A stretch of DNA of 64,000 nt from Octopus vulgaris. Lineage: Eukaryota. Of this stretch, positions 50,470 to 63,800 are shown one piece after another; the stretch's first letter is position 1; each line of letters begins with the position of its first letter. The position numbers were made by a program, and so were the translations under genes. The notes beneath the pieces were generated by a model that was given only the letters and a program-made list of their open reading frames with translations, was not told the origin of the DNA and did not search any database. The stretch covers positions 620,001 through 684,000 of the forward strand of contig OX597817.1 of NCBI GenBank assembly GCA_951406725.2, written 5' to 3'.

Positions 50470-53100
50470 AATAAGAACAACTTGTCACTCAAATGAGTCT
50501 GTGTAAGTCTCAGCCAGGTCGAGAGTGCCATGGTGGTGGAACAAGGAGGTTGACAGCGTCATAAAGGCAAAGTGAAAGGCCTAGAAAGACTGGAAAATTG
50601 GTGGAAGTAGAGAATTATATCGAGTAACCAGAAGGGAAGCTAGACGACAGATTTGCATAGAAAAAAGAACAGCAGAAGATTAAAAGTTTGCCAATGTTCT
50701 ACAGCCTGAAGTGTTCAAGATTACAAAACAGTGTATTAGAGACAATAGATTTGTTGTAGGTGAGAAATGTGTGCGAATGAATAATGGTATGCTTGCACTT
50801 AGAGATTCAGAGAGGAAAAATGCATGTAAGTGCTGCTATGAATGGTTACTAAATGTGGAAAATGTAGGGAAGGAGAGATTTCCAAATATAGAACCAACTG
50901 AAGGGCCAGCCATGAATTGACAGCAGTATGATAAATAATGCAATTAAGGATACGAAGACTGGGAAAGCTTCTGAACCATCAGGAATTACCGTTGAGATGT
51001 TTAAAATATTTGATGGAGTAGGATACGGCCTAGTTACTTGCATAGTTAATCAGGTTATCCAGGAAGGCGTAGTAGTATTATAGTTATCTGCTACAAGGGT
51101 AAAGATAATGCCTCAGATAAAACAAGTAGGGAGGTATACAAGTGCTGGATCAGATCATGAAATTTAGAGAGACTTATAACTCAATTGATTAGGAATAGAA
51201 TTAAACTAGATGAGATGCAATTTAGTTTTGTATCTGGGAAGATACTATAGATGTTATCATTTGTTAAGGTTATATCAACATACATTCTATAGAAATTATA
51301 TCCAGCATAATTTCTATAGCAAAGTCTGTAGAGATAACCCTAATAAGTAATGTAAAGTGCACTGCAAACACAGTATTGGCTTATAAAAACGTTTAATATG
51401 CTTTATAGTATATTATGGTTGCATAATGAAATACCGCGTACCTACAAGTCATTAGCACAGATGTCATCTTCCTAGTGAGACGAGTTCAAGAGAAATACCT
51501 GGTCAAAAGTAAACCATTGTACTTGGCTTTCATTGGCCTGGAGAAAACTTTTGACAGAATCTCTAGCCCAGATATCTGGTGGTCTCTAAGAAAGTTAGGA
51601 GTAGATGAGTGGCTTGTTAGAGCTGCACAAGCCATGTATAGCTGTGTTATTAGTAGAGTGAAAGTCGGTTATGAATACAATGATGAAAAAGCAGGGGTTC
51701 AACAGGGTTCAATTTTCAGTCCATTCTTGTTCCTCCATAGTCCTCCAGGCCTTAACAGTTGCATTTAAAAATGGCTCTCGAGGGAACTACTATATGCTGA
51801 TGACCTCGTTCTTATTACAAAATTAGTAACAGAATAGGAGAAGAAATTTTAGGTACAGAAGCAAAACAGGGAATCAAAGGGCCCACATAAAATTCTCTTT
51901 CCGTCAGGTAAATAGCCTTGCTCAAAATGTAGGAAAGGTGTTGGTAGAAATTCCATTCTTTGCACCCAGTGCAAGTTATGGACAGATAAGAGGTGCAGTG
52001 GCATCACAGGAAGGTTAACAGAGAAAGTTGTCATTGTGTGTGACAGATGAGCAGGAAGGACACACGGGAATTAAACTCTAAGGACACACGGGAATTAAAC
52101 TCTCTCAAATGCTCAGGAAGCTCCCTTGAGGTGGTAGATAGTTTTGGTTACTTAGGTGACCAAGTTAGCAAATTAGTGGTGGGAGATTTTCCGAAAGTGC
52201 TGATGTTAGAATAAGAATGGGATGGAGGAGGTTGAGGGAGCTTTTATCCGGCGTTGGCGGGAATGAAAGGCAGATGGTATGACGCTTGTGAATGAACAGC
52301 TAGACTTCATGTTAGTGAGACATGGGCTCTGAAAGTAGAAGACATGTGTAGACTAGAGAGAAATGAAGCGAGTGTGTTACGATGGATAACAAACATCAAT
52401 GTGCATGTACGACAAAGTACCCCCACTTCTTTGCATGCCTACGAACAGCAATTCTACATGGTAGTGAGGGGTGGGCCCTGAATGCAAAGGACATGCGAAG
52501 GCAATAGAGGAATGGGACTAGTAAGCTCCGATGGATGACTAATATAAATGTACACCTGCAACAGCGAGTCAGTGTATAGAGAGAGAAGTCAGGTATAAGA
52601 GAGATTAGACGCTGTGTGCAAGAGAGAACACTACGCTGGTTTGGTCATGTGATGTGGATGGATGCTGACAGCTGCATAAAGAAGTGCCATTTACTCAGAG
52701 TGGATGGAACTCGGGGAAGAAAAGGACCAAGGAAAACCATGGGACGAAGTACTGAAGGACGACCTCAGAACGCCGAACCTTTCGGACGAGATGACAAAGG
52801 ACTAAGATACTTGGCACCTTGCTGCACTCAAGAAGACCCGTCCTCCACAGCAGAAGTGTTAAGACCGCATCTCCTAATGAAGAGAAGTGGCCTGCAAGGA
52901 CCATATACCAGTGTTACGTGAAAAGCACTCGTGCAAGCCACACGTTAAGAGTACCTAGCGCACACTGTAAAGTGGTTTGCGTTAGAAAGGACATCCAGCT
53001 GTAAAAAACAAGCCAAATCAAACTGGAACTTGGTACAGCTTCCCAGATCGTCCAACACATTCCAGCATGGAAAATGGGCATTAAAGGATGGTGATGACGA
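50470..53100 (+). mobile_element. Degenerate RTE-clade LINE with a ~210-bp insertion and internal duplications
   Basis: GVQQGSIFSP, YADD, ERTLRWFGHV; colinear with 57520-59040 and 10120-11800. Confidence 0.85.
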
Positions 53101-53108
53101 TATATATA

Positions 53109-53197
53109 CAGATGAGTCTAAAGTAGCACCCAGTTTCTGGGAATTCATACATATCAACCCCAAAACAGGAATTGGGTGCTACTTTTGACTCATCCTG
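53109..53197. mobile_element. Minimal Tc1/mariner-type MITE (~90 bp)
   Basis: cagatgagtctaaagtagcacccagtttctg ... caggaattgggtgctacttttgactcatcctg, TA flanks. Confidence 0.7.
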
Positions 53198-53656
53198 TAT
53201 ATGCGTGTGTTTTACTGTCTCCTTGCATTTACATCGGATAACAGTTGTAAGCGAGTATTACTGTCATACAAGAGGTGTTGTTTATTTCTTTCTTGTAATC
53301 ATGTCTGGGCTACCTTACTTGGAAACAGGTGAGAGATGGCAATGGGAAGGGCATCCGGCTGTACAAAATCTGCCTGATCCATGTGATCATGGAAAAGTGG
53401 ATATTTCCTATATATTACGAAAACGATATTTTCAACCGAGACATTATAACTATATCCGATTGTTCAAGAGCTTCAATTCTGTGTATGTACATATATTTAC
53501 TCAACTATTGACATTTATCAATAGTTTTTTTCCAGTAACAGGTTATGTTACTTGAACAGATCAACCGTAACATAACCTGTTACACTTCCATTGTTTTGAT
53601 GCACCATATCCTATCATTAATAGAACTCGACATTGTTATACCAGCATTATATGTTG

Positions 53657-54046
53657 CTAGCAGTATCGCCAGGCATTGCTCGGGTTTGTTTCGACCCTTT
53701 AGAATTGGAATTTTTGAAAAGTAAAAATTTTGCATTATGTAGCTTGTTATTCTCTGTGAGTGAACATTTTTCTAGTTGAAATACACCGAAAAATGGCGAC
53801 ACAGCAGTGAAAAAAATCGTAAAAAATAGGGATTTTCATAGTAAAAAAGCACCTATTTGATTTAAATAATTTTTGGTGTTAACATGGTCCGATTTGAATT
53901 TTTTCTTCTACAGAAGGAAGAGCAAGCCTTCTATCATACTCTCAATTTTGGTCAACTTGCGCCGCAGGGTCTCGGAGGAGATAGTGTTAGTTGAAGGCTA
54001 CCAAACCTGCCATACACAGTCAACTTCAGCTTTATACATAAATAGA
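53657..54046 (-). mobile_element. Non-autonomous Helitron (~390 bp)
   Basis: Minus strand starts A|TC(tatttatgtat..) and ends with a hairpin (ccgagcaatgcctgg) followed by CTAG. Confidence 0.7.
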
Positions 54047-54559
54047 TTACTATCAGTAGTCAATCACCTGAGCAATACAATACTTCAATACAAATGTCCT
54101 TTTCTTCAGTTTTTCTTCGATAAAAGAAAAATTTTAAACACGCATACACTTTAAAGAAAAGAACTATTTTATCGATTCCACAAGAATTTACAACGTAAAG
54201 AAACGTAACTAAATACTGCAAGCATTTAGTCCTTTAAGTTTACAATAACGACATAATACGATCTTAATAAAATTAAATAGGAGAAAACTGTGAAACATCT
54301 TATAAAAGTTATTTCCCTTATGTCATCTGTGAGTGAGGGTGGAAAATATTTTTGACGTTTATTTTCTTGCATATGAAGGTCAATTTTTGTTTACGCAGTG
54401 TTACAGAAAATAAATTCGCTCAAGTATAGAACGTTGCCCGGCAAATCACATCTGTCATCTATGCACAAAACTCGAAAATTCCTTCCGAAACAGATGGGTT
54501 GAATGCAGTAAATGTCGTGTTTCGATCTGCTTTCAATGTGCCACAAACTTTGGAAACTT

Positions 54560-54975
54560 TGGCAGACACCCATAAAATTATCAACCATCTCACAAACAAT
54601 AACTTTGAGCACCTTTTCAAACTCCACCCATCTAACACCCGTGGACATATTTACAAAGTCAGAAAACAGCACAGCTCCCATGACTTCAGGAAACATTTTT
54701 TCACGCTGAGAGTTGCTGAAGCATGGAACAAACTGCCAGCATCAGTTGTTAGTTGTCGGAGCACTGCATCCTTCAAAACTTCCATGCTTCCTGAGATTCG
54801 CCAACACTACACCTGATTTTCTCCTCTCCATACACACACAAGCATGTATCTGACTCATGCATTGTTCGCTTTCCAGACATTTGTACGTTACTGCATACAC
54901 TTTATATGCACTTTCTGACAAGTTGTGGTGCACCTGAGCACTGTATACAATACTTTCATTATTATTATTATTATA
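54560..54975 (+). mobile_element. CR1/L2-type LINE 3' fragment
   Basis: THKIINHL..TRGHIYKVRKQHSSHDFRKHFFTLRVAEAWNKLP; (ATT)n tail. Confidence 0.82.
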
Positions 54976-56650
54976 TGGCGACAATGAGAAGATTTATAAT
55001 TTGTCAAATGGTGTGCATGTATGTGATATTTTTTAAATATTAAAACTGGAACTCAAGTCGCAAGATAAAATCTCTGCTTCAGTTTAAATTGAAAAAAAAA
55101 TCTTCTGTATGTACTGAACACTCCTTTCTAATGCGTCCGACATTAAGCAACGAACTTATACACACACGTTAGTTTGACTTATCACATTCATTAAAGTTTC
55201 ATGGGCATAGGACGCGTTCACCTAATGATTAGGTCCTAATCTGAAATTCAAAGATAGTGTCAAATGGTTTTAAATACATGTAACTTCAACAAAACTTGTC
55301 GAGTCCAACTTTCTTTCGCGCGCACGCGCGATCATGACCATATGCTACCAAGATGCAATGGCTGGCTATGGTGTGAAGTTTGATAAATAGACTTGCAACA
55401 GTAAAAAGAAATATATTGCAGTAACTGTTTTTTAAGCTGAAGTAACAGAAAATAGTGTAAGAAATAAAAATCTTTTATAATTGAACAGGTTGTTGCTTAT
55501 TTGGATTGTACTGAATTTCAAAAAAGAGGGGTGCCTCATTGCCAGTGATTGATAAAGTTGTTAGTTTTGAACTGCTAAATCCAAATAATCCACAATCATC
55601 AAATCCTAACAGTTTAGTCAAGGAAGATAAGGGACATGATATCTGTGGAACAGATAACTCAAATTTTACTTGTATGGTAGAAGGTCAATGTAGCAATTAA
55701 TATCCAAGACAAGATACCAACATTAATTGAAAATTCTTCTTAACTGCAATCCGGAGGGAGGGGTAGGGGGCTTTTATTGCTTTCATATGCAATGGAAACA
55801 GAAGTTATTGACTATCATTGTATTGTTTCCATGTAATATGTGGTTATTACGAGGGTTTAAAGTGCAACAATTAAGTAAGAAAAACAGTAAAATGCCATCA
55901 TATATATGCACACAGACTTTGATCTTCAAATTCACTGCCAAGAGAAGATGTACAATTGAGATGCTAGCAATGAAAAACGAAGCTAATAAACTTTTCAATT
56001 ATGAAAATTGCATTTGACGTTTCACTTTTTAAATTAAGACAGCTTGCTTTCGAATGCTTGCTAACACATTTCTCCTACCAATAAATTATTGTTTAATCCA
56101 AATATTAGGCAGCAATGAGCTGGCAGAATCATTAGCATGCCAGACACAATGCTTCATAACATTTCTTCTGGCTTTATGTCCTGAGTTCAAATCCCACTGA
56201 GCTTGATTGTCTTTCAGCCTTTTTTTGTGTGTGTGTGTGGGGGGGTCAATGAAATAAGTACCAGTTGCATACTGGGGTTGATGTAATCAACTATTACCCT
56301 CCCGCAAAATTTCAAGTTTAATCCAAATCAGGTACAAGGGATACCTGAATGCAATCAGTCAATAAAATTTACAACTTATTTTATGGGAAGGGAAGATAAT
56401 ATCCAGGCAAGAGAAATTCCTTACGGTAATTTCCCATAATACTACTCAGCTATAGTTATCACTGACAAGTGAGTATGACTTCATAGCATATACCATGCTT
56501 TCATTAATTGTTTTAGGTGCCTGTATAGTCATGAGCAGACAAAGACATCCTTTCAGTCATCTCACTCTTGATCCAACAGAAGAGCCAGGATATGACAGCT
56601 GGAAAGAGAGAGGATGTCCAACATTTGGTCGGCACTCATATCATCCCCCA

Positions 56651-56687
<37 letters not shown>

Positions 56688-56947
56688 CAACGAAGTCGCG
56701 TATTGTCCTTGCCTTCGAATTGCGGAGTAGATGAAACAGGGACAACTGATGAAGGGGAATATTCTTTATGTTGCATGTTCGTTTCTGTTTGTTTTTATCG
56801 TTGTTCGAAAAAAAGTTTGTTTTTCTATGTTATTTCTTTGATGTCCTGTACCCATATATGCATGTATATATACATATATATGTAGGTATGTACATATATG
56901 TATGTATAGATGCATATATTTATATATTATTTATATTATATATATAA

Positions 56948-57215
56948 ATAATAATAATAATGAAATTATTGTATACAGTGCTCAGGTGCACCACAACTTG
57001 TCAGAAAGTGCATATAAAGTACATGCAGTAATGTAGAAATGTCTGGAAAGTGAACAATGTATGAGTCAGATACATGCTTGTGTGTGTATGGAGGGGAGAA
57101 AATCAAGTGTAGTGTTGGTGAATCTCAGGAAGTATGCAAGTTTTGAAGGATGCAGTGCTCCGACAACTAACAACCGATGCCGGCAGTTTGTTCCATGCTT
57201 CAGCAACTCTCAGCG
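56948..57215 (-). mobile_element. CR1/L2-type LINE 3' fragment
   Basis: Reverse complement of ~54700-54975. Confidence 0.8.
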
Positions 57216-57519
57216 TGTATATATATATATATTTATGTAGCGCCTTGGTTTTAGGATCTCAATTTAGAGCCCACGACAGAATTGAAATCCTAAAACCAAA
57301 GTGCCACATAAAAAGCACCCAGTGCACTCTGCAAAGTGGTTGGCATTAGGAAGGGCATCCAACCATAAAAACCAAACCAGAGTATGGAAGCTGGCGTGGC
57401 TCCTGGCTTTGCCAGTTCTTGTCAAGCCACCCAACCCATACCAGCATGGGAAATGGACATCAAATGTTGCTAAAAATGATGATGATATACATGTGTGTGT
57501 ATTTACCATTTAAAGAATC

Positions 57520-59040
57520 TTAGTAAAACAGAATGAAAAATTTAGAGATTTACTAATGGATGCTTCTGACAAAAGAGAGGAAGTGTTGGGAACATATAGC
57601 TTAGAGGATAATTTATTGAGGGCTACGGACAAAATCTGTGGTTGGTGCAGAGTGCCAGTTTGACCAAAGGTGACATGGTGGCGGAGCAAGGAGGTTGAAA
57701 GTGCCACAAAAGCAAAAGGACAAGACTGGAAAACTGGTGGAAGCAGAGAATTATATGAGGTAGCCAAAAGGGCAGGTAGGTGTCAGGTATACATAGGAAA
57801 AGGAGTAGCTGAAGGTAAGAGATTTGCAAATGTTCTACAGCATGAGGATCAGAGGGATGAGGTGTTTAGGATTGCAAAGCAGTGCATCAGAGAGAATAGA
57901 CACGTGGCAGGTGAGAAATGTGTGCAAATGGATAATGGTATGCTTGCACTTAGTGACTCAGAGAAGCAAGATGCATGGAAATGTCACTATGGAAGGTTAC
58001 TAAATGTGGAAAATGAATGTGAGAAGGAGAGTCTACTGAATATCGAACCAATTGAGTGACCATCACTATAGAGTGGATAGCAGCATAATGGATAAGGCAA
58101 TTAAGGAAATGAAGATTGGGAAAGTCCATGGGCCACCAGGAATCACTGCCAAGATGATTAAAATCTCCGGTGGTGTAAGATACAGCTTAGTCACCTGTAT
58201 AATTAATTAGGTTATTCAGGAGAAGACCATCCCCAATGACTGGTGTAGTAGTATTGTAGTTAGCTGCTACAAGGGTTAAGGTGATGCCTGAGACAGAAAC
58301 AACTACAGAGGCATTAAATTGCTAGACCAAGTCATGAAAGTTACTGAGAGTGTTTTAGCTCAATTGATTAGGAATAGAATCAAACTAGATGAGAAGAGTA
58401 CCACAGATGCCATCTTCCTAATGAGACAGCTGCAGGAAAAGTACTTGGCCAAAAGTAAGCCATTGTAATTAGCTTTCGTCGACCTGCAGAAAATTTTCAA
58501 CAGAGTTCCCTGCTCTGTTATATGGTGGTCCCTAAGGAAGTTGGGAGTAGAGGAGTGGCTTGTTAGAGCTGCACAAACCATGTACAGTGGTGCTGTTAGT
58601 AAGGTGAGAGTCAGCCATGAATACAATGGATTTAGCATAAAGGTAGGAGTTCACCAGGGCTCAGTTCTCAGCCCACTCTTATTCATTATAGTCCTCCAAG
58701 CCATAACAGAGGAATTCAAAACTGTGTGCCTGTGGGAAGTGCTATATGCTGATGACCTTGCTCTTATTGAAGAATCTTTAGCAGAATTAGAGAAGAACTT
58801 CCTGATATGGAAACACAACCTGGAATCAAAGAGCCTTAAAGTTAACCTAGCAAAGTCCAAAGTTGTTGTTAGTAAGAAAGAAGATAAGACTTTCTTTCCG
58901 TCATGTAAATGGCCTTGCTCAATATGTAGGAAGGAGTTGGAAGAAATTTCATTCGCTGCACCCGGTGTAAACTATGGACATATAAGAAGTGCAGTGGAGT
59001 CACAGACAGATTAATAGATAAAAGTGTCTTTGTATGTGCT
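57520..59040 (+). mobile_element. Degenerate RTE-clade LINE (RT region)
   Basis: ORF 58541-59014 has GVHQGSVLSPLLF and YADD; ORF 57670-58059 is the upstream linker. Confidence 0.9.
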
Positions 59041-59099
59041 GCTCAAAAAAAGATAAGAAGTCAACAAAATGCTAAAAAATCGATAAAACCCAAGTCCAG

Positions 59100-59325
59100 A
59101 ATAAATAAATACAACTGCACAAGAAATGAAGATATTCCTAGGTTTACTGTTATGGATGGGATTGAATGAAGGAGGTGCTATGCATGAATACTGGACAAAC
59201 AATCCATTATTTCTACCTCCAATAACCGCAAAAGGGAAAACACTATCTAGAAACAGGTTTCAACTTCTGCTAAACTGTTTTCACTTTTCAGATAATGAAC
59301 AAGCAGACAAAGACGACAGACTGGT
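59100..59325 (+). pseudogene. piggyBac-type transposase fragment
   Basis: TTAQEMKIFLGLLLWMGL..EYW..LSRNRFQLLLNCFHFSDN..DRL, characteristic of piggyBac/PGBD transposases. Confidence 0.85.
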
Positions 59326-60189
59326 TCAGTCTGGGCTGGAACGCATCAACATCTCAGAAATATTCTGTGAATCTTCTCAGCTGCAAAAGCCTTTGTATCA
59401 ATGATGGAAATTTTTTCTTACCTTTTTGTTGAATTCACAAACTGACTGGTGGGAATAAAATGACCGGTTAATTTTCATCTCTGTTCATATATACACATGT
59501 ATGTGTGTGTTACCAGTACCAGAAATCTCTCTCTCTCTCTCCTCTCTTTTTCTGCCTCTTTCTCTTCCTTCACTAACGCTACCCATACTTCTACTCTATT
59601 TCAACCCATTTCACACCATTTAATTCTTTCATCCCTCACTGTTGCCAGAGATAAAAGAGTTAATACTCTCAGACACACACGCATACATAAGTCTGTCTCC
59701 AGTTTATTTCTCCATAAGGAATTAAGATGGCATTGCTTTCAGTACTGACCAGTTCCATACTACATACATGCATGCACGCACACACGTTTGTAATTATCTT
59801 GCCAGATCAAGATTGAAGCCCGGTGCAGCCATCTGGTTCGCCAGCCCTCAGTCATATGTCCAACCCATGCTAGTATGAAAAGCAGACGTTAAACGATGAT
59901 GATGATGATGATTCACATACCACTAAATTGAAGAAAATAATCAATTCTCTCTTTAGTGACATCAGATCTTATGAACAAGATGAAAACGAGCTGTTGTCTC
60001 TAAAGTGTCCAAAATTTGATCAAATTGTCCATAGAAGGGATGTAAAGAATTTTTTTTTAATAGCTCATTCGCAAATTGTTCCCTTTCTCTATTGGTATAC
60101 TATACATTGTGTACAAAAGGCATAAAAACTCAGCATAACTCTAGACATGTCTCATCAAAATATTACCATGCCCCACATTAGGAATCATG

Positions 60190-60793
60190 GTCCTAGTGTG
60201 AATGTTTCTTTAACGAAAGTACATAATTATAAAATATTAAAAATAAAGTTTTTTTTTTCCAACCACCAGTAGGGCATAGATTTTTCTGGAAAGTTATAGT
60301 AAGGCTTGGTGGGGAAATAGGTTGGGAAACACTGGTATAGAGTATCCACTGCTTTTTAAGACAACAGGGTGTGATTTGAGGGAAACTAGTCAACTATTCT
60401 TAGATGGTATAACTGTATAGAGCAGTGAATCCTGTCAAACTATTCAACCCAGAGATTCCTAACATGGGATAAATACCCCACTGGTGGGGCCTGGAATCCA
60501 TTTTTTTTCTTTCTTTTAGTGGGACATGGAATTGTGAAAATCATTTTTTCACAGAAAATATACTACACCAATACTCAGCATGGCCAAACCAATCTCTCCA
60601 GCCAAGCATATTGTGTAAAGACTCTTTGCTACAGTATAGTGTTATTCTAATGCCCTAGTGTCAATATTTCTTTAAGGAAAGTATATAATCATGAAATATT
60701 AAAAATAAAGTTTTTTTCCAACCTCCAGTGGGGCAAACATTTTTCTGGAAAGTTATAGTGGGGCCTGAGGGCAAATAGGCTGGGAAATGCTGG
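60190..60793. mobile_element. Two adjacent copies of a hAT-like MITE end
   Basis: 60192-60335 and 60654-60793 are diverged direct repeats ending aggttgggaaacactgg / aggctgggaaatgctgg. Confidence 0.55.
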
Positions 60794-61695
60794 TTCATCC
60801 CATGCGAACATGGAACATGGACATTACATGAGGATGACGACATGCCTCACTGAGGAAACAATAAGGGGCCAGGAGTTGTGATTTGCTGTATTTGAGAAGT
60901 ATGCCAAGTTAAGTAAAATCACTGCTTATCTTTTACAGGTGCTGATACCACATAAAATGCACTCATATTGGTGCTGTGTAAATGTACCCAAACTGGTGGC
61001 ACATAAAAAGCACCTAGCACACTCTGTAAAGTGGTTGGCATTAGGAAGGGCATCCATCTATAGAAACCATGCCACAACAGACAACTGGAGTCTGGACAGC
61101 TCCATGTCAAACCATCCAACCCATGCCAGCATGAAAAACCGACATTAAATGATGATGATGATGGGTGTGAATGATGTAAGTACCACACATGAAACCCAAT
61201 ACGTAAGGAAAGTGAAAAAAAAATGAACTATAAAGAAAAGTGTTTTTTATTAACAAAAAATGAATATATCTATTCAAATGAGCCACCACAATCATTTCAA
61301 AATTGCAATCTTTTATGAAAATTGAAATGGCATTTTAGTATAGTCCAGCTGTGACTGAACTTGTCTCTTCAATGAAATCTTTTGCATGTTTAAGTATTCT
61401 GCATTTTCAGCTGGGTTTTCTGCTATCAGCAGCACAATTTCAGTCTATTCCTCTGCAGTATAGGACGCTTTGTATTCTGCACCAGACATACAGGCCAAGC
61501 ACAAACAGCAGAAGAAAATATTGAAAACGATTTTACTTATTGTTTGATTAGATAATAGAAATATTTTCATTCTATCTCACTTTGCTTTCCCATGTGATAA
61601 GAAAGTACATTGATGCATGTGTGTAAAGATAGATTATATAATGTGTGTGTGTGTGTGTGTATATATATATACACATACATACACATATACATGCA

Positions 61696-61726
<31 letters not shown>

Positions 61727-61828
61727 CGTACACATTCACATGCACACAATATATATATATATTATAGACGTTAAACAATGATGATGATGATGATGATGAT
61801 ATGCACATACATGCACACATGCACATGT

Positions 61829-61862
<34 letters not shown>

Positions 61863-62178
61863 CATGTACACATGCATGTTATATATGTACATACATATAT
61901 ATGTGTCTGTCTGCACATGTATATACACTTCACTAATTAGGCTTTAATAAATATTTCACATCTAACTGTTTGGCAGAATAGGTACGATATATCATCATCA
62001 TCATCATCATCCTCCCCATTACTACCATCATCTATAAAACAATAGCAACAGTAGATGAAAGATCAGTTAAGACATTGAAATTCCAGTCGCTGCTGCTGCT
62101 GCTGCTGCTGCCGCCGTTTTGATGGTTGGGAAACATTGTTATCAGCAGAAGCAGCTGTAGTAGTCCAGGCCATTGCTA

Positions 62179-62271
62179 CTAATCTCTGAGCTCCCAAACA
62201 ACTTTCTTGTTTACATACTTCCACCAACACAGCTGCCACTTGTAAGCAGTATTCACACAGCTTCGAACAAG
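62179..62271 (-). CDS. Possible terminal exon of a minus-strand gene lying mostly beyond the window
   Basis: Acceptor ctttcctgttttcAG; phase 0 gives LVRSCVNTAYKWQLCWWKYVNKKVVWELRD*; minus-strand AATAAA at ~61246-61251. No homolog recognised. Confidence 0.3.
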   Translation of the reverse strand, partial: LVRSCVNTAYKWQLCWWKYVNKKVVWELRD

Positions 62272-62299
62272 CTGAAAACAGGAAAGCTTCTTCCATGTA

Positions 62300-62572
62300 T
62301 AGTGTTTCTCAACCACTTTTTTCTTTTTTCTTTTTTTGTACCTATGGACCCCTTTGACTCCTATTTTATTCAGATTGACCCTCCTAGCCATTCAAGACTA
62401 AAAATCTTATTAATATTTTTATAATTGAATATTATTAGGAATTGTAGAAAAAGAAAATTGTTAAAACATTTATTTTATTGTAGAAATATAACCAATTCAT
62501 TGCATATGAATCTTAAAATAAAATCTTAAATGGACCCCCAAGTGCCATATTGACCCCAGTTGAGAACCACTG
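62300..62572. mobile_element. hAT (Charlie-like) MITE
   Basis: TIRs tagtgtttctcaac / gttgagaaccactg; internal atggacccc repeated. Confidence 0.7.
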
Positions 62573-63239
62573 CCTATGTGAGGGCTTGATCTGCTTGCAA
62601 TTGCAGCCAGATCACCCTCAAACTGCTCACATTCCCACCATAAAAGAAAAGGATGCAAACACTAACATGTTCAGGGGTACACAATACAAGAACTGTCCAC
62701 CCCAAACTCCCTGCCACCACCACCACCACCTTCCGACATGGTGGTCATCACTGGAATGATTATGGGCAGCAGAGTAGTTTCTAAATTTGAAGAGTAGTAG
62801 AGTGGCAGAATTTGTACAGGGTCAGACAGTGATTTGTGGTATTTAGTTATATCAGTTTCCATTCTGAATTGAGATCCTGCAGTCTGTTTTATATGTCGTC
62901 CTTCTGAGGCCGGTAAAGCACCAGCCAAATAATGCAGTGGCTGCAACTGGTTAATTATTTTCCTCAAAATTGTTGGTCTTGGAACTTTGAGAGAAACCAT
63001 TCTGCTTATTATTATTATTATTGTTATTATTGAGAGCTGGCACAATCGTCAGCACATGCCAGGCAAAATGCTTAGCAGCAGCTCATTTGTCTTTAGATGT
63101 TCTGAGTTCAAGTTCTGCCAAGGTTGACTTTACCTTTTCACCCTTTCGGCAATTAAGCACCAGTAAAACACTGAGGTTGACGTAACTGAATAGTCCACTC
63201 CCCCAAAATTTCAGGCCTTGAGCCTTTAGTAGAAAAGAT

Positions 63240-63800
63240 TATCATTATTATTATTGAGTGAGAGTAGTGCTTGCCGTCAAAGTGACACTGGGGTACAAAT
63301 ATACAAAGTTCAATATACCCATCATGACTACCTGTCTGATGACACCAGGCATACGCATCACAACCATATGTACTTGACATCGTGATCTTATATCAAGATA
63401 AACAGTGCGTGACCTTGAAGGTGGGGCCCAGTTAGAATTTTCTTCAGGTTGAGTAGCCCATCCCGCTCAAAAGGTCCCTGAATAAGGATTGTATAAGAAT
63501 GTTGAGAGAAACACCCATGTTTCCAAAGGCGAATAATCTAAACCCCCAAAGAATTCCTCTTAACACATGACTATCATGCTCCCCCACTACTTCTGCTCGT
63601 GATCAGAGATGCACATATCACAGCCACCAAGGGACATATTCAACTGGTTTAGGTCAAACAACTGACAAGCAAATCTGTGGTATTGAGCAGAATATTTGCT
63701 GTAGCCCTTCTTTTATACCAAGACAAAAGAATGATAACACTGCCAATCAGTTAAGATCAGAAGCCATGAGAGCCACTGCTAGGTACTGCATCAGGGCATT
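63240..63800 (-). mobile_element. Probable dispersed retroelement 3' fragment
   Basis: Higher-GC block bounded by an (ATT)n tract; family not identified. Confidence 0.4.

Noticed and set aside
62671-63045. 124-aa minus-strand ORF
   Set aside because: Starts in a SINE and microsatellite, lacks splice support, and at best faintly resembles a decayed transposase.
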